Part shown: positions 13,705 to 27,298 of the stretch, in pieces
Layout: every line of letters begins with the position of its first letter
Position numbering within the stretch: position 1 is the first letter of the stretch
NCBI GenBank assembly: GCA_964199315.1
Contig: OZ116698.1
Location: forward strand, 21,576,001-21,640,000
DNA length: 64,000 bases
Origin: Orbicella franksi
Lineage: Eukaryota
Direction: 5' to 3'
The notes under the pieces: model-generated
Told to the model about the DNA's origin: nothing
The model's database searches: none
Seen by the model: only the letters and a program-made list of their open reading frames with translations
Position numbers and translations under genes: made by a program

Positions 13705-15057
13705 GTTTTTTGGAGTGACCGTCTCCGTTAACCATTTCAAAACAACAAAGAACAAGAGACTTCATTTTGTAGTCCAATGAATTTTCAATGACATTCTGAA
13801 CACAAACTCTGCTGTTGTGGGCACATAAATTAATTGCGAAGAAAGAAACTGCTGAGTAACTGCTAAACTGAAGACTCCTTATCAAAACGTTTTAAGGACT
13901 GATTGATTTTAGCAGTGGTTGTTACAGTAGACAACTACAATAAAATTATTGAGCAGCTAATATTTTTACTCTCTGAAAAGTTGTTTTACAAATTCTATGG
14001 CTTGTCTGAAAGTTTTTTTGAAGAATTCTTTGTTTATGTTTATTCACATTATTATTCATATTCTGCTCTGAGGTGTCATCCACTTTGAACAAATTTATTT
14101 AGAATGCATGTTATTTTTTTGTGATGTCTTTTAGTTTTCAGTTGACCTCTGTTTGGCTATGCATGTCTGTGGCATTTGTAGTTACTGTGCAGTGGCCCAT
14201 TGGTACAAATATGACTTCACCATTAAGTTTATTTATTAACACTTATCCCTTCAGCATGAGTTTGAAAAATATATATTTTGCAAGTTACACAAATCTGCAA
14301 AATACTTGGTGACGACTGGCAGTAAAAAACTGTGAAATATTTTGCTTTTTTCAATCTGTTAATCACCAGTTAAGTGCAATATGCAAGTGTTAAAATGAAT
14401 TGTTGATGAAGTAAAAACAAGTAACTGCACTTTGGTATTCAAAAGTCCTAGGGCAGGGGTACGAGTGTTTTCAAGTTCCAAAATGTCAATTGTGTGTCCA
14501 CTTGCTCTAAGAGATTTAGTTTCGATTTCTACTGAATTCCAATTCCTTTCACAATAAGGCTTTATCAAAACGAAGTATTGATCAGTAGAAAATGAAAATG
14601 GCGATTCCACTTTGCTATTCGGTGGTTTTATCGTTGGTTTTTTATGGAGTTCAAAAACGACTTGCGAGCTTTCAAAAACATTTAATTTTCATTTCATTTC
14701 ATTTTGATTTCATGAATTTAGAAATCAAAATTGGGATTTCACTGTGTGATTCAGATATTTTATTTCTTCTGAAAACTAAACTCTCATAACTTTGTTTGAA
14801 CTTTCGCTGAAGTGATAAGTACAAAATAAATGTCAATTACGTGTTCCATTTATTAATCTCTTTGAAATTAGGCTATGAAGTCTTGGTTGTTTTATGATCC
14901 GGAAGTCGCGGAAAATCCATGAAAATAATTACACCCCATTTGGGTTATGTTTTAACCATCATGGGCCATTGTAAAGTTAGTGATATGAGGGTACAAGGAA
15001 ATCGCTGCTGAAATGCAATGTATGTTATGAAGCTCTCAGAACCACAAAGACGCACAA

Positions 15058-15440
15058 CTTGAAGATATAGCTGTCTCTACATTTCGATACAATATAATCT
15101 CGACGTCATATTTACAGATTCTCTTGAAATATTGCAAAATTCTTTATTATAAATTAACACCTACAGAGAAAAAAATGGAAAAGGTGCTTACTTTTCTTGA
15201 GGATTTAGTCGTCTCTAAACTTGGATACAGTTTAAATTGTAATTCATGTTAAAAGATTTTCTTGAACTACTTGACACTTCTAAAAATTATTTGAAAATTT
15301 ACAATTACAAAGAAAGTTTAAAACATGCATTTAATTTCCTTGAGGATGTAGCCGTCTCCAAAGTTGGATACTATTTAATCTTTAATTCATGTTTTACAGA
15401 ATTATTTGTCTTGAAATATTGCAAAATTTTTAAATTATTT
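15058..15440. repeat. Degenerate ~140-bp tandem triplication
   Basis: The motif cttga(a/g)gat.tag..gtctc.a.a.tt.gatac...ttcttgaa recurs at 15058, 15196 and 15338. Confidence 0.6.
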
Positions 15441-18400
15441 GGAAATTTACTATCACAATTTAAAGTTGCATCAAATTATCGTTGTTTTTGTAATCCCGTT
15501 TATAGTGCGTCTTTGTGTTTAATACCTCATTTCGTTGCTGTATTTGTGAGGCACAAAATGTGCTTAGTTGCTCAGTTTGGGAAATGGCTTCTCCGGATTA
15601 TTTTTTCCTTCGGGATCAACGCTTTTGACGTCAACATCGGGCGAAAAAGTCATTGTCGCGTTCCGCGCGTTATTAAAAAATTAGCATTTTCTTTTACATG
15701 CTGAAATTTTACCGCAGATTTTCAAGGAGCTTCAGTGAGGTGCTACAGTAGTGAGCTACAGTGCAGATTTTCAAGAAGCTACAGTGCTACTTATTCGCAA
15801 TTCGAGGGGATTTTCAGTCGTCCGTGCTTCTATTAAATTAGGACAGCCTAATTGGAGTCGACGATGTTATGCATTTTCGCGCCTGTGAATTGTCGAGATT
15901 TCTGTAACCAAATCAGCGTGACATGCGTCACGCTTACGTTAAGACGTTCTTTGACAGTTGCGCAAAGTGTCGATAGGGAAGGGCCAACTTATTTTTAAGT
16001 CGACCTCTTGAGCAACTAAGTACAGTTTGCAACTCGCAAATACCACAGCGAAAACGCGATAGAAGTACAATGAGAGTTTTATGGCAGACATTGTTTTAAG
16101 TAGTGGTTTTCTTAAAAGCAGAACTTGGTTTGTAGTCCTCTTATTCAGTGTAATCTCTTACGAAACTAATCTCTTAATGTTTTCGATGGCGGTGTGACAA
16201 ATGCGTTGTATGAAACATTGGGTCGTTATCATACCGTGTAACGGACAGAATTTATGCGAAACAGTTGCTTCAGTGGTTGGAGAAAGTTGGAACTTAGTTC
16301 TACTTTCTGTAACCGTTGAAACGACTTGTTTGCAACGTTTTGTCCTTTGCGCGTTGTGTTACACGGCTTGATGTTTCATTTACTTGTCACGCCGTTTTCT
16401 GGAAGATTGCGGGACAGGTTGCGTGACAGATTACACTGTATATCAGGACTTAGTGATGGATACAAGTGTTTGTCTTGTTAGTTATGATGGATTGCTGGTA
16501 AAAACGACAACACGGAACTGTCTCTGTCTCCTTATTTGCGTTTTTGTGCTAAAAAAAATAAAAATCTAGCCAATCTTGTCCCTGCCTGTCGGGTTGTTTC
16601 CACTCTGCTCCGAGTTGAAGTGTTTGTTCTGTTCCTCATTAATATTCCAACTTTAAAATTCTGGTTTGTTTATCTGCCCCGCCATCTTTGATGACCACAC
16701 TTGACCACTTAAATGATATGGCCGTTTGCTCCCAAGTGGAGATGGCATAATGAGGGAGGTACAAGTTTGCTCCCCATGCCTCCTCGGTTTCACTCAACTA
16801 AGTCATAATACCACACATTTGAATTGGAATTTTTATTAGCTTTGAGAGCCGTATATAGTGCACGAAAAGAATGCCAAAAAAGAATGCCAAAATAGTAAAA
16901 TTTAAGATGCGTGTTCCACGCACTGTATCTAGAAATTTCCGTTGGAGGGAAAAGGAAAACAGGAACGCTAAAGTACAAGTCACGTTTAGTAATTTCCATG
17001 GATGTCGAAAAGAATCTAACGCAAAAAATCATTGATCTGACTCGCCGACCAAACCTCCTGCCGACTGTCCTGCCACAAACTTCACCAAAAGAACACAAGT
17101 CACCTGAAACTCTACATCCAAACTGATACAAGTTTAGGAATTTTCGCTTATGTTAAAATAAGATCAAAGTTAAAGCGAGGAAAGATTAGTAATTTGTTTT
17201 CTGGTTTAAGCGTATTTTGCTAAAGTAAATAAATACTAATGCGAAAGCAAACGGGCGATTTTCGTCCGCTCACATCACCTAGAACTGTGTTAACTTTATT
17301 TTGATATTTAATTTCAATTATTTAAAATCGATTGAGTCTAATTTGTACAAAAAAATCCAAAGATTTTTTGAACGAATCGTAGTTTCAATATTCATAGTAA
17401 ATCTTATTAGATATTCACAGTTAAAATCGTCTTTAAAAAAGGCAGACACAGTGGAATTCTGAAATTTATCTGTGCTTTTGTTATTGTTAATCTTGGCTTT
17501 GTATAATATTAAACAACGCAGGATCCTCGGAAACTTAGGGCAGTCAGTCGGAAACCGAACGACAAAATCGACCCGACAAAAGGTTTTACCGCCCGGTTTA
17601 CTTCGTCTCGTCACGATTAACTGCCGATACATCCCCGAGGATAACAACGAAGTTGAGAAACTATTAGAGAAAAAAACGATGAGAACGTTTCCTAGGTTTA
17701 GTTTGCTTAAGACGTAAAGATGAACAATTGCCCTACGAAATTTAAAAAAAAAATTATGCTTGGTTTTAGAAGTTGAATCTATAGTTTTGGTATGCAATAT
17801 TGATAATTAGCTTAAAGTTATGTACTTATTCAAAAAATTAAGTTTCCGCGGTAAATCTGAGGTTTTGGAAATCAAAATGAGAAATTGGCCAAAGTTTAGT
17901 GAGAAAAAAAAAAACTTAAATACCAACTTCAAGATTAAGTGAGTTAAAGAAGACAAGATAAACCCTAGACGTACAAAATTCATATCGAACTCTGGATATG
18001 TTTGGTTACAAAAAACCTTTACGAGGTCAGTTACACGTTTTGGGAGTCAAAATGAACAATTGGCCTACGCTTTGAACTTTGATCACGGAAAATGTAGCTA
18101 TATGTTTAGTACCTAAGATTAAAATCCCCCAAAAAGAAGCCTCCTTCATAGGCGTTATTTGTATCATCACGCAACACTCAGGGAAGAAGTGTTGCGTGAC
18201 AACTCAAGTAACGCCAGCGCAGGAGACTGCTTTTGAGTTCTTTTAGGTTGACTAGTTCCTGGAGTTAACCAGAAAAAAAAGCCAAAGTTGTAATTCCAGA
18301 TAATTTTAATTTACATTTTAAGCGGTTAATGTTCTTAATTTTTCTTTGAACTGTGGACTGATAGTGTTAATAAATTCTGTTCTTAAGATAATTGTGACTA

Positions 18401-21400
18401 ACTTATTTTTATTCGATACCTAATCTGTTTTTATCTTCAGAATTTACACAAAAAGAAATTTTTTTAAATCAAAAAAAGCCCTAAACGAGAATCAGCTTTT
18501 TCAGAAGAATCCCAGATGACTATCAGCTCATTCTAGTGTGGCTTGTGAAATTCCAGTCAAGCCAGATCAGTGACCTTCATTGTTCAAAACTAACCCCAAC
18601 ATCCTGGATGTACTACCCATGAACTATACACTAAAGCACTACTATTTTACGTCCTCAACAACAGAAAAAGTCTAGAAACACTGATTGAAAACAAACATCT
18701 TTCAAGCCAATTGGAATAAAGGTGTGGTTTTCTGACTTTGTCAAGTAAAACAAAAAGACATGAAAAGCAAACCCTCGCCTTCCCCCATGATGTCATCTCC
18801 ACTTGAGAGCAAACGACCACACAATCAAAGTGTCCAAGTGCCTCCATCAAAAATGAGCGGAACGGATAAACTCACCAGGATTTCTCAGTTGGAATATTGC
18901 AGAGAAACGTCAGAAACACCGTCCTCGGAGCAAGAGTTTCCACAACCTTGCAGGGACATCGATCGGCTAGATTTAAATCTGACCATTTGTGTTGTGTGCC
19001 AGTGTATGGGCCATCTCAGTTCCTGAAAATAATCTAAAATATACTAAGTTCAGTGGAAAATAACAAATCCACGAAGAAAAAATCTAACAAGCTCATTAGC
19101 ACAGTAAAAAACTATTCACTTGTGTTAAAAAAAACTTGTACCCTAACTAAATAGTTCTGCTATTGAATTGATACTTAAGTAGTAATAGCACTTAGACGTA
19201 CTCAATCTGCCTTAGTTAAAACTTTTTGGACAAACGTAGGATTAATAAGCCCGATTCCCGAAGTGGTTTTGAACTACTGAAAACTACTGAATCGAAACCC
19301 TTATGAAAATAACCATAAGGGTTAATTTTCTCTCTATTATACATGTACTATGATGCCAATATTATGGCTGACTAGGAACGCCCACTAGATCTGAAGGGTC
19401 TGTTCTACACCCCTGTTCTTCTAACTATCCCCACGTTTGGCCTATCTTTAACACATTAGTGTCAATGCTAATGTGAAGACCTTATGACACCAAAATTTGT
19501 AGTGTTTTCTTAGCTGAGTTAATTAGTAATTGTTTACTTCTGTGCTAATGAGCTCACGGCTGTGGTACCTTTAAACAAAGGAAGCAAAGAAATTATTTTA
19601 GAAAAAATATCGTTTTCTTTAAAACTGATCGAGAAAGAAATAACAATTTTACGTGACAATAAATGCATGTTAGTTATATAAATTTGTGAAATCCTACAGA
19701 TTGGTATTGCATTGATTTCATAATTTCTTAATCCTACAATTGAATATACTTTAAGTGCATTATTTTGGAAAAACGTAGCTGAGAAGTTTTTGCAATACTG
19801 ATCGAGTAATAAATAACAATTTCGTATAACACTTAGTAAATTGAATAAATTTGTGAAAAGTAGCAGATTGGTATTACATTCAATTAATAATTTCTTGATC
19901 AGCCAATCGAATTTACTTGCATTACCACAAAAGAGTAGTTCTAGGAAGCTTCCTTTGTTCAAAGGTGGTAAAATGACAATACTATAGTTTCAAGCGCCAT
20001 CATGCTATTGATCTTAACAACAACAAAAATCAGGGACAAAAATGAAAATGTTGCTCGCCCAAAGAAAATAATTGTGATCAGTGAGAACTGAATTAGCCAA
20101 TGATTTTAGAGCATGATGCACGTTGAAACTACAGAAAAAAACAAATAAAATATTTTCTTGAATACAAGTTTCCTGTTGAGCAGCTACTTTCTCAAAACAA
20201 GTTTATTTGCATTACAAAAATGCATTTTAACTTTTCAAAGTGAATACAGGAAAAAATTTTCTCAAGAAAAGCAAATAGCTTGGCATTCTGGCAAGGGTAT
20301 TTTAAGTACAACATACATGTATATTTTTTTTCAAAATCAGACATAAAAATGAAGAGAACCTTAAAAGGTTTCTTATGTTGATGTTGGCAAAAGATATTGT
20401 TTTTCAACTCCAAATTAAATTTAAGATTTCCAGGAAAACCAATGGAAGTGAACAGATTTCACCATAAAGCTACTCAATAGGAATCTTGCGAGAAGGAGAA
20501 ACTAGGTTTTCATGAGCAAATAAGTGGCTTCTGTAAAATCAAATTTACTGTTAGTAAGGATTATATCCTGCTGTCTGACTTCTTTAGTGGTACACCAAAA
20601 TGCCTGTACATATATCAAAAAAGTGTAACTTCAATTTGTTTTTAGGAACTGAAATAAATTGTCGTTAGAACTCAATAGGAATATTGTTAGCTTTGCATTT
20701 ACATGTAAGAGCATCCTATAATTTAAAGATGAGATTTTTTAATGAGCACTCAAAATGTCTGTACAGGTGTAAAAAATAAATAAAATGGTAAATAAGTTTT
20801 GACTGTAATTTCTAGTAACGGAGGCTTTGGACAAACAATTAGGAATAAAAATCAGTGATAATAATTTTGAATGACCTTTTGATGACTCATCCATCATTTT
20901 CAAATTCGCAAAACTAAAAGTCCGATTCTTATGAGTTCTTTATATACTAAGAATGCCTGTGAAAGTCTGCATCTGATTAAAAACTCTACAATGTGGAATG
21001 CAGAGAGTGTTAATTAAGAACTAAATAGTTATGCTTTGATTGAGTCAGATTGAGTGTTCCATTTATTTGCTTATTTTCTTGGATAAGGAGCATTTCATAA
21101 AATATTTCTAATTGAAATATATTTTAGTTTATTTTCTGCATGGGTTTTTTAAATTTTATTGTCTGTTTCTGAATTCGACAATAATATTGCAAAAATTTAC
21201 TTTTTAAGGCAATGTTGAACAAAATGTCAGCTCTTTTTTGTTTTATGTCTGTACGCATGAAAATACAACAGGAATTACCAAACTTTTAATTCACAGAAAC
21301 AGATTTTACCATAATTGAGTTTCAGTTAATTTTTCGTGATGATTGCTATTGGGATAATTCCCCACTCTGATATAATGAATTGTATGGAAAATGTGATAAG

Positions 21401-21645
21401 CAAGCCACTTATTTGCAAATGAATGACACCCACACAACACACTGGTCAGTTCAATACTCTGTTTACATGTTTGCTAGTTACATGTGTGTCAAACTGGTAT
21501 TGGAATACAATGTTAAAGATCTTCAAATTGCAACTTGATAAATGTAAAGATTGGTAATTGCTATTTTAGTTAGCTGCATATCCTGGGCTTTTTATATATC
21601 TTAACCACTAATTGAGTTATTGAGTGATTTTTTGATTAATTAAAT

Positions 21646-21651
21646 GACTGG

Positions 21652-21711
<60 letters not shown>

Positions 21712-21735
21712 CTGACTGATTGATTGATTGATTGA
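21646..21735. repeat. (TTGA)n microsatellite
   Basis: Direct reading. Confidence 0.95.
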
Positions 21736-21940
21736 CTCGGGAATTTCCCTGTACCTGTGATTAAAAAAGAGATCTTTGAAAAAGACAGAAACTATATAAA
21801 GCTTCTTCCCAATTTGTGCACATGTACCTAGGAAATGAAGAGAGAGTAATAAATTGGTATAATTACAAATGTTTACCCTGAGTAATCAAAGAATTTTTCA
21901 TCTCAATCAACCCACAGTAATGTGTCGCCAATTTTGTTAA

Positions 21941-22038
21941 ATTGGAATTTGGAAATATTGGTTTTTCAGGAGTGAGGGAAACCAGAGTACCTGGAGAAAA
22001 ACCCTCGGGGGAAGGTGCACTGTGCCATCTCTGCTGCC
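21941..22038 (-). mobile_element. Internally deleted tRNA-derived SINE remnant
   Basis: On the minus strand a tRNA-like head start (ggcagcagagatggcacagtg) is joined directly to the body cccgagggtttttctccaggtactctggtttccctcactcc...aaattccaatt. Confidence 0.55.
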
Positions 22039-22156
22039 AGTAATATCTCATATACCTTAATATATCTATAATTCAACTTATGAAAGTTCATCATCCAAGA
22101 CTTGCTTTCATCCACTGTCCTTGATCCCCAGTTGTCAGTCCTCAGTCCTATAATTG

Positions 22157-22392
22157 CTCCATGATCCTCTGTTCTGAGTCCTTGGTCCTCTGTCCTGGGT
22201 CCTCTGAGTTGGGTCCTCTGTCCTAGGTCCTCTGAATTGGGTCCTCTGTCCTGGGTCCTGGGTTCTGGGTCCTCTGTCCTGGGACCTCTGAGTTGGGTTC
22301 TCTGACCTGGGTCCTCTGTCCTGGGTTCTCTGTCATAGGTCCTCTGTCCTGGGTCCTCTGTCCTGGGTCCCTGGTCCTTGATCCTGTGATCC
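22157..22392. repeat. Minisatellite with a 7/14-bp unit (GGTCCTCTGTCCTG)
   Basis: Direct reading; it accounts for the spurious RTEDPG/RTQDRG ORFs. Confidence 0.9.
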
Positions 22393-22413
22393 ATGTCTCT
22401 AACAACTTGCCTG

Positions 22414-22424
22414 CCCGGGGGGGC

Positions 22425-22455
<31 letters not shown>

Positions 22456-22803
22456 CGCTGTGAAGGGTATGGTTTTCAAGCAGTTTACTCTAGGATAGGG
22501 TATATAAATTAGAGCGTTTGGGTCTAGAATAGGGTATAATTTTTCACAAAACTGACTAGTTGGTTAAAGATTTTATCTAGACAAAGGAAACCAGGAATTG
22601 TCACTCAAAAATATAAAAAAATTAAATCGGCAATTTTAAATTTATGCAAATCAGCCTCAACAGTGTCGATAGACGGGGGATTTGGGGAGTTTGCTCTAGT
22701 ATAGGGTGGCAAAAATTCAGCTGAACTAGCTCTGGTATAGGCTAAGGGTTGCAGGGTCCCAGCGGCACACCCCCACCCAGAAATTCCCAAAGTACCCCTC
22801 CCA
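22414..22803. mobile_element. MITE with G-run/C-run termini (related pieces at ~25000-25150 and ~25960-26042)
   Basis: cccggggggggcact... start and ...agtacccctccc end; internal tagggtat repeats. Confidence 0.6.
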
Positions 22804-24240
22804 AATCCAATATGTAACTAGTAAGTATTTTGTACATGACTTTTGCTAAACTTGCATAAAAACAATGTGCAAATAATTATTTTCTCTTAAAATTTTGCTT
22901 CAGAGTCTTAAGAATTTCACTCCCTCATAAAGGACCACCCAAACATTTCTACTCCACCAAAACAAATTCCTTGAACAATCAATCAGTGTTTTTGCAGCAC
23001 AATGTTAGCCTTGAGACTGCAGGAAAAGGCGTTTCTTAGTAGGATAAATGATTCTGAACCAGACATTAACTCTGAAGCAAGAGGTAACAAATTCTGAATC
23101 ATTCCAAGGAATAATATTGACCCAGGAGTAAATAAGCTTGAAAGAGAAACTTAAAATCTTCTGAACTGGGGGACATCTCAATGAAATAAAAACTCTTCTC
23201 TGCTCATTACTCTCCTCATTATGACAACATAAAATTTAACTAGTTGCATATACATTACTTGCAAAAAATTTCAGACAATGTAAATTTCGGGCAAAGAAAT
23301 GTCCAAAAATACAACAGTCTGAAATTTGTAAGTGCTTGGAATTTTAAGGATCCAAAATATTTACAGTACAGTATAAAGCACATACTTTCTTCTTGGACAG
23401 CGCCATCACATGCATGATGAAGCAAGAACTTGAATTACTGGATTTGCTTGTTCTTTTTATCACCTGAAAGGAAATTTTTGTTTCTTATTATTATTATATC
23501 TTTTATGAGAACATAGATGTAATGCAGATCAATTCCATACATTTTCCTGTCTGATTCAAGTTTTGAAGGCAAACATTTAACTAAGCTATGTTCTAGTAGA
23601 GCATCCTACAATTAAACGTCCAAAATTGTTGAAAGTAATGTGCCTTTGGTAATTATTAAATCAAAATTAATGCTTATCAAAAACGTGTCACTGTGAACCC
23701 TGCAAATAACAATAAATCATCGGACTTAGCCTGGCTGGACACTCTGACTGGGCATTTCTGCTACAATAAAAGCTACTAGTAGTCGTAGATTAAAGAGTGT
23801 GTTCGAGTTTTGGTAGGTTTGGTATGTTAAAAAACAAAAATTCGAAGAACAGCATTTTGTGCCTGAGCTGTTAAGTAGATGTGAAATTGACCTTCCTTCA
23901 GTGGGGCGAAAACAAATGAATTAATCACAAAGCACGTACGCATGAGAGGGTTCATTCTCATTTATACATGTAATACATGTAAACTACATACTTGTATATA
24001 AATGTAATATTAGTTATGACCGGTCAGTAAAAAACACAGATTGCAGTCGGTAGGCCGCATTTTATACCTGATCCATTAGTCCATGTGTTATACCTAAGTC
24101 CGTAGCCCGTAGTCCACAGTCTGCAGTCTGTATTTATACTGACCATGTAATGGTACATTTTGCTGACCCCTAGTCCATGGACTTCCCCGATGGACCTGGA
24201 CCATGGACTACTTGAATGGACTACCCACATATTATTTTCT

Positions 24241-24598
24241 TGCTGAGACAGCCTTACATGTACCTATTTTGTCCTGCAAAAAGCAAAACGCAACCCTAAA
24301 ATTACACTTTTTACAAATGCTAGCAAGCCAAAATAACAAGTGTGGCTGGAAAAGCTAACCCATAGTATTAAAATATCATCTTTTAGCAGCTATTCAGGAC
24401 TGTCAGATTTGTATGTAATTTAAACCTGTATTGTCATCAAAGTTTCAAAATTATATGCTTCAACAAGGTTGTGTCATGTCAAAATTTAGTTCAATTTCGT
24501 GGACCAATTTTGCAGTACATGGTTTACATGTATCTGTCGAAACAATTTTACCAGTTAAAAGTATCCCTCAATCTAAGTTTTTATTGCAAATCTAGCTT
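24241..24598. repeat. Dispersed repeat, inverted partner of 530-887
   Basis: See 530-887. Confidence 0.85.
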
Positions 24599-26047
24599 AT
24601 TCCCTGATATTTTGACCTTTCACACCCTGATCAAAATCTCCAACATTGATCCAGAAATGTTTGGCTGTAGGTCTAATTTCCTGTAAAACTGTCTTTAGGT
24701 CTCTAAGATCAGTTACTGTACTTGAAAATACATATCAGGCTGTAAACAAGCATTTTAAGCAGATGTTAATTTTGGATAAGAAATAATACATTTGGCAGTT
24801 GGTGACTCCAGACAATGCACACAACAAAACATCAGATATTATAGTTCACCACAAGCCTGCGCAGCAGGCGTATAAAGGGGAGGGGTGAATGGCATTAGCA
24901 AGAATGAATGGCATTAGCAAGAGCACACAAATGTTCAAAATGTTCAAATGTTGTTGTTTATAGTGGAAATTGCAGAAAATGTGTTCGGCCACCTTAAGAG
25001 TCAGTAGTTAATAGGGTATCAAATTTTTGGTCAGGGCATTAATAGGATAAGAAAAATCATGGCAAGAAAAACGTTGATTTTGTTCTTAAATAGGGTAAGG
25101 ATTTTTGGAAGTGCCCCCACCCAATTTTTCTAGGAGTACCCCCTCCCCTGTGAGCATGGGGAGGGGATGTGGTTGTTTCAAATTGACTGATAGAAATATG
25201 TACATTACAAGTAAAAGCATCTCAAACAAATTAATTTTCAAAACATATAGCAGTTTACACGTGTAAGCTTAATGCCATGCGTTGTCTCATTCCAGATAAA
25301 TTGCTCTAAAAGATCTCGTTATGATTAAACAAAGACAAATAATTCATCTGAGATAAAATTATTCACCTCCTAAGGCAGATATAGCCATTCTACGTCTTTC
25401 ATCTTGTCTGCTGTGTGTGTGTGTGTGTGTGGGAGGGGGGGGAGGCAACACTCGCGAGAATACTGAAGATACCGTCGGTGGGGGGGGCAACACTCACGAA
25501 AATACACATATGGCGGGGTGGGGGGAGATACATGATGATGTTTCATGCAGAACGAAGCTAACTTAGAAGCAAGCTGAAATCCGATCAAAAGGGGAAGAAC
25601 TACATATTACTACATTAACAATGTAAATAAATCAAATATATTTTCTTTGTCCAAAAAGTTTACCTACAATCCGAATCGCTCGCCAACAAAGTTCTCCGGG
25701 TCCAAGCAAAGTTCTTCTCTGAATATACAATAGGTACACTGATTAAGAGAGAGTCCATCATACGAAAAAAGCATGAAAGCACTTCAAGGAAAGGTACTAA
25801 ATACACAGTGAATAAGTACAAATTAACCTTTAAGTCTGCCTTTTTTCAGCCTCGCTCAACTTTCGCGACGAACTGTTGTAAGTTGCAGAGAATGCTGGGA
25901 GCGTTCACTCATCTCGCGCGTTATCCGCGCGAGTTGTTGTCGTGACAATATTCGCGCGTAATCCATATTTGATACCCTATTTGCGACCAAAACGGCTGAA
26001 AATATATCCTTTGCGGCCGCATATACCTATCTCGCCCATATAAAGCC

Positions 26048-26362
26048 TGGTTCTCACATCCTGCCGACCTACCTGCAAGTATCGGTTTGGAAGGGCATGG
26101 CGTTCAACCCCCGCAGAGGGACTCCGATTTTTTTCATATTCGTGTTGGACTCTAGTAACTCTAGTACTCTAGTGACACGATTCGATCCATACTTACAGGT
26201 GGACTGGTTGAAAATTGCGCCCATTCGATTTCCACTTCGCACAAATTTGAGTACGTCGGCCATCCATCGCAGACGCGCCGGGACCCACTGGAACAAATCA
26301 CCGAAAATTCTCACTTACAACCGGCGGCTACGTCGCAGGTAGGTCGGCGGATTATGAGAACC
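26048..26362. mobile_element. TIR-bounded element at the left edge of the array, containing an inverted fragment of the array cassette
   Basis: ggttctcacatcctgccgacctacctgc (26048-26076) pairs with gcaggtaggtcggcggattatgagaacc (26335-26362); 26082-26134 is the 3' half of the cassette plus its T-run, on the + strand. Confidence 0.65.
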
Positions 26363-26367
26363 ACCTT

Positions 26368-26421
26368 GCCCTTCCAAACCGAAGCTCGGAAATGTGACCA
26401 CTGCGCTACAGGGAGGACTCC
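26368..26421 (-). pseudogene. Partial vtRNA-like unit U0 (5' half only)
   Basis: The cassette breaks off after the central hairpin; its 3' half is present inverted at 26082-26134. Confidence 0.65.
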
Positions 26422-26632
26422 TTGAATTGGGTAGCAAATTTAACGCTAACTATATGCACATCAAATGTAGTTTTTATTGACAGGCTAATCTTGCATTGGG
26501 AAATGTGCTATAGAAAAAAAATAACAAACAATGGACCAGTTATCAAGTTTTTTTTAAGTGCATTATTTAATCTTTTCGAAAAAGAAAAAAACTAACTTTC
26601 AAAAAAAAAAAAAACAGAGGAAAACAAAAGTT

Positions 26633-26715
26633 CGAGTCCCTCTGTGGGGTGCTGAACGCCATGCCCTTCCCAACCGAAGCTCGGAAATGTAACCACTGGG
26701 CTAGAGGGGGACTCC
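26633..26715 (-). ncRNA. vtRNA-like unit U1 (stem mismatches)
   Basis: 83-nt cassette; the terminal and central stems each carry a mismatch. Confidence 0.55.
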
Positions 26716-26925
26716 TTGAATTGGGTAGTGAATTTAACGTTACCTATCTGAACATGAAATGTAGTTTTTATTGACAGGCTAATCTTGCATTGGAAAAAAA
26801 AGTGTTATAAAAAAATGACAGACCTTCCATCAGTTTTAGAGTTTTTTTTTACTTTCATTATTAAATCTTTTCAACACAAAACAAAAGTAATTTTCAGAGG
26901 GAAAAAAAAAGATGTAAAAAAATTT

Positions 26926-27008
26926 GGAGTCCCTCTGTGGGGGGCTGAACGCCATGCCCTTCCGAACCGAAGCTCGGAAATGTAACCACTGGGCTACAGG
27001 GGGACTCC
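26926..27008 (-). ncRNA. vtRNA-like unit U2
   Basis: Near-consensus 83-nt cassette with T-run. Confidence 0.7.
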
Positions 27009-27215
27009 TTGAATTGGGTAACAAATTTAACGCTACCTATATGCACATGAAATGTAGTTTTTATTGACAGGCTAATCTTGCATGACGAAATGTGCTATAA
27101 AATAATTACAGAGCTTGCATCAGTTATAGAGTTTTTTTTAACTTAAGTATTAAATCTTTTCAACACAAAACAAAAGTAACTTTCAAGCAAAGGAAAAAAC
27201 AGAAAAAAAAAATTT

Positions 27216-27298
27216 GGAGTCCCTCTGTGCGGGGCTGAACGCCATGCCCTTCCGAAACGAAGCTCGGAAATGTAACCACTGGGCTACAGGGGGACTCC
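27216..27298 (-). ncRNA. vtRNA-like unit U3
   Basis: 83-nt cassette; the closing pair of the tetraloop is lost. Confidence 0.65.

Noticed and set aside
17472-19026. Short ORFs including a chromodomain-like EVEKLLEKK and a cysteine-containing C-terminus
   Set aside because: The remaining chromodomain residues are absent and no family is recognisable; probably decayed repeats.
21863-22432. ORFs with RTEDPG/RTQDRG repeats
   Set aside because: Translations of a 7/14-bp minisatellite and a SINE remnant.
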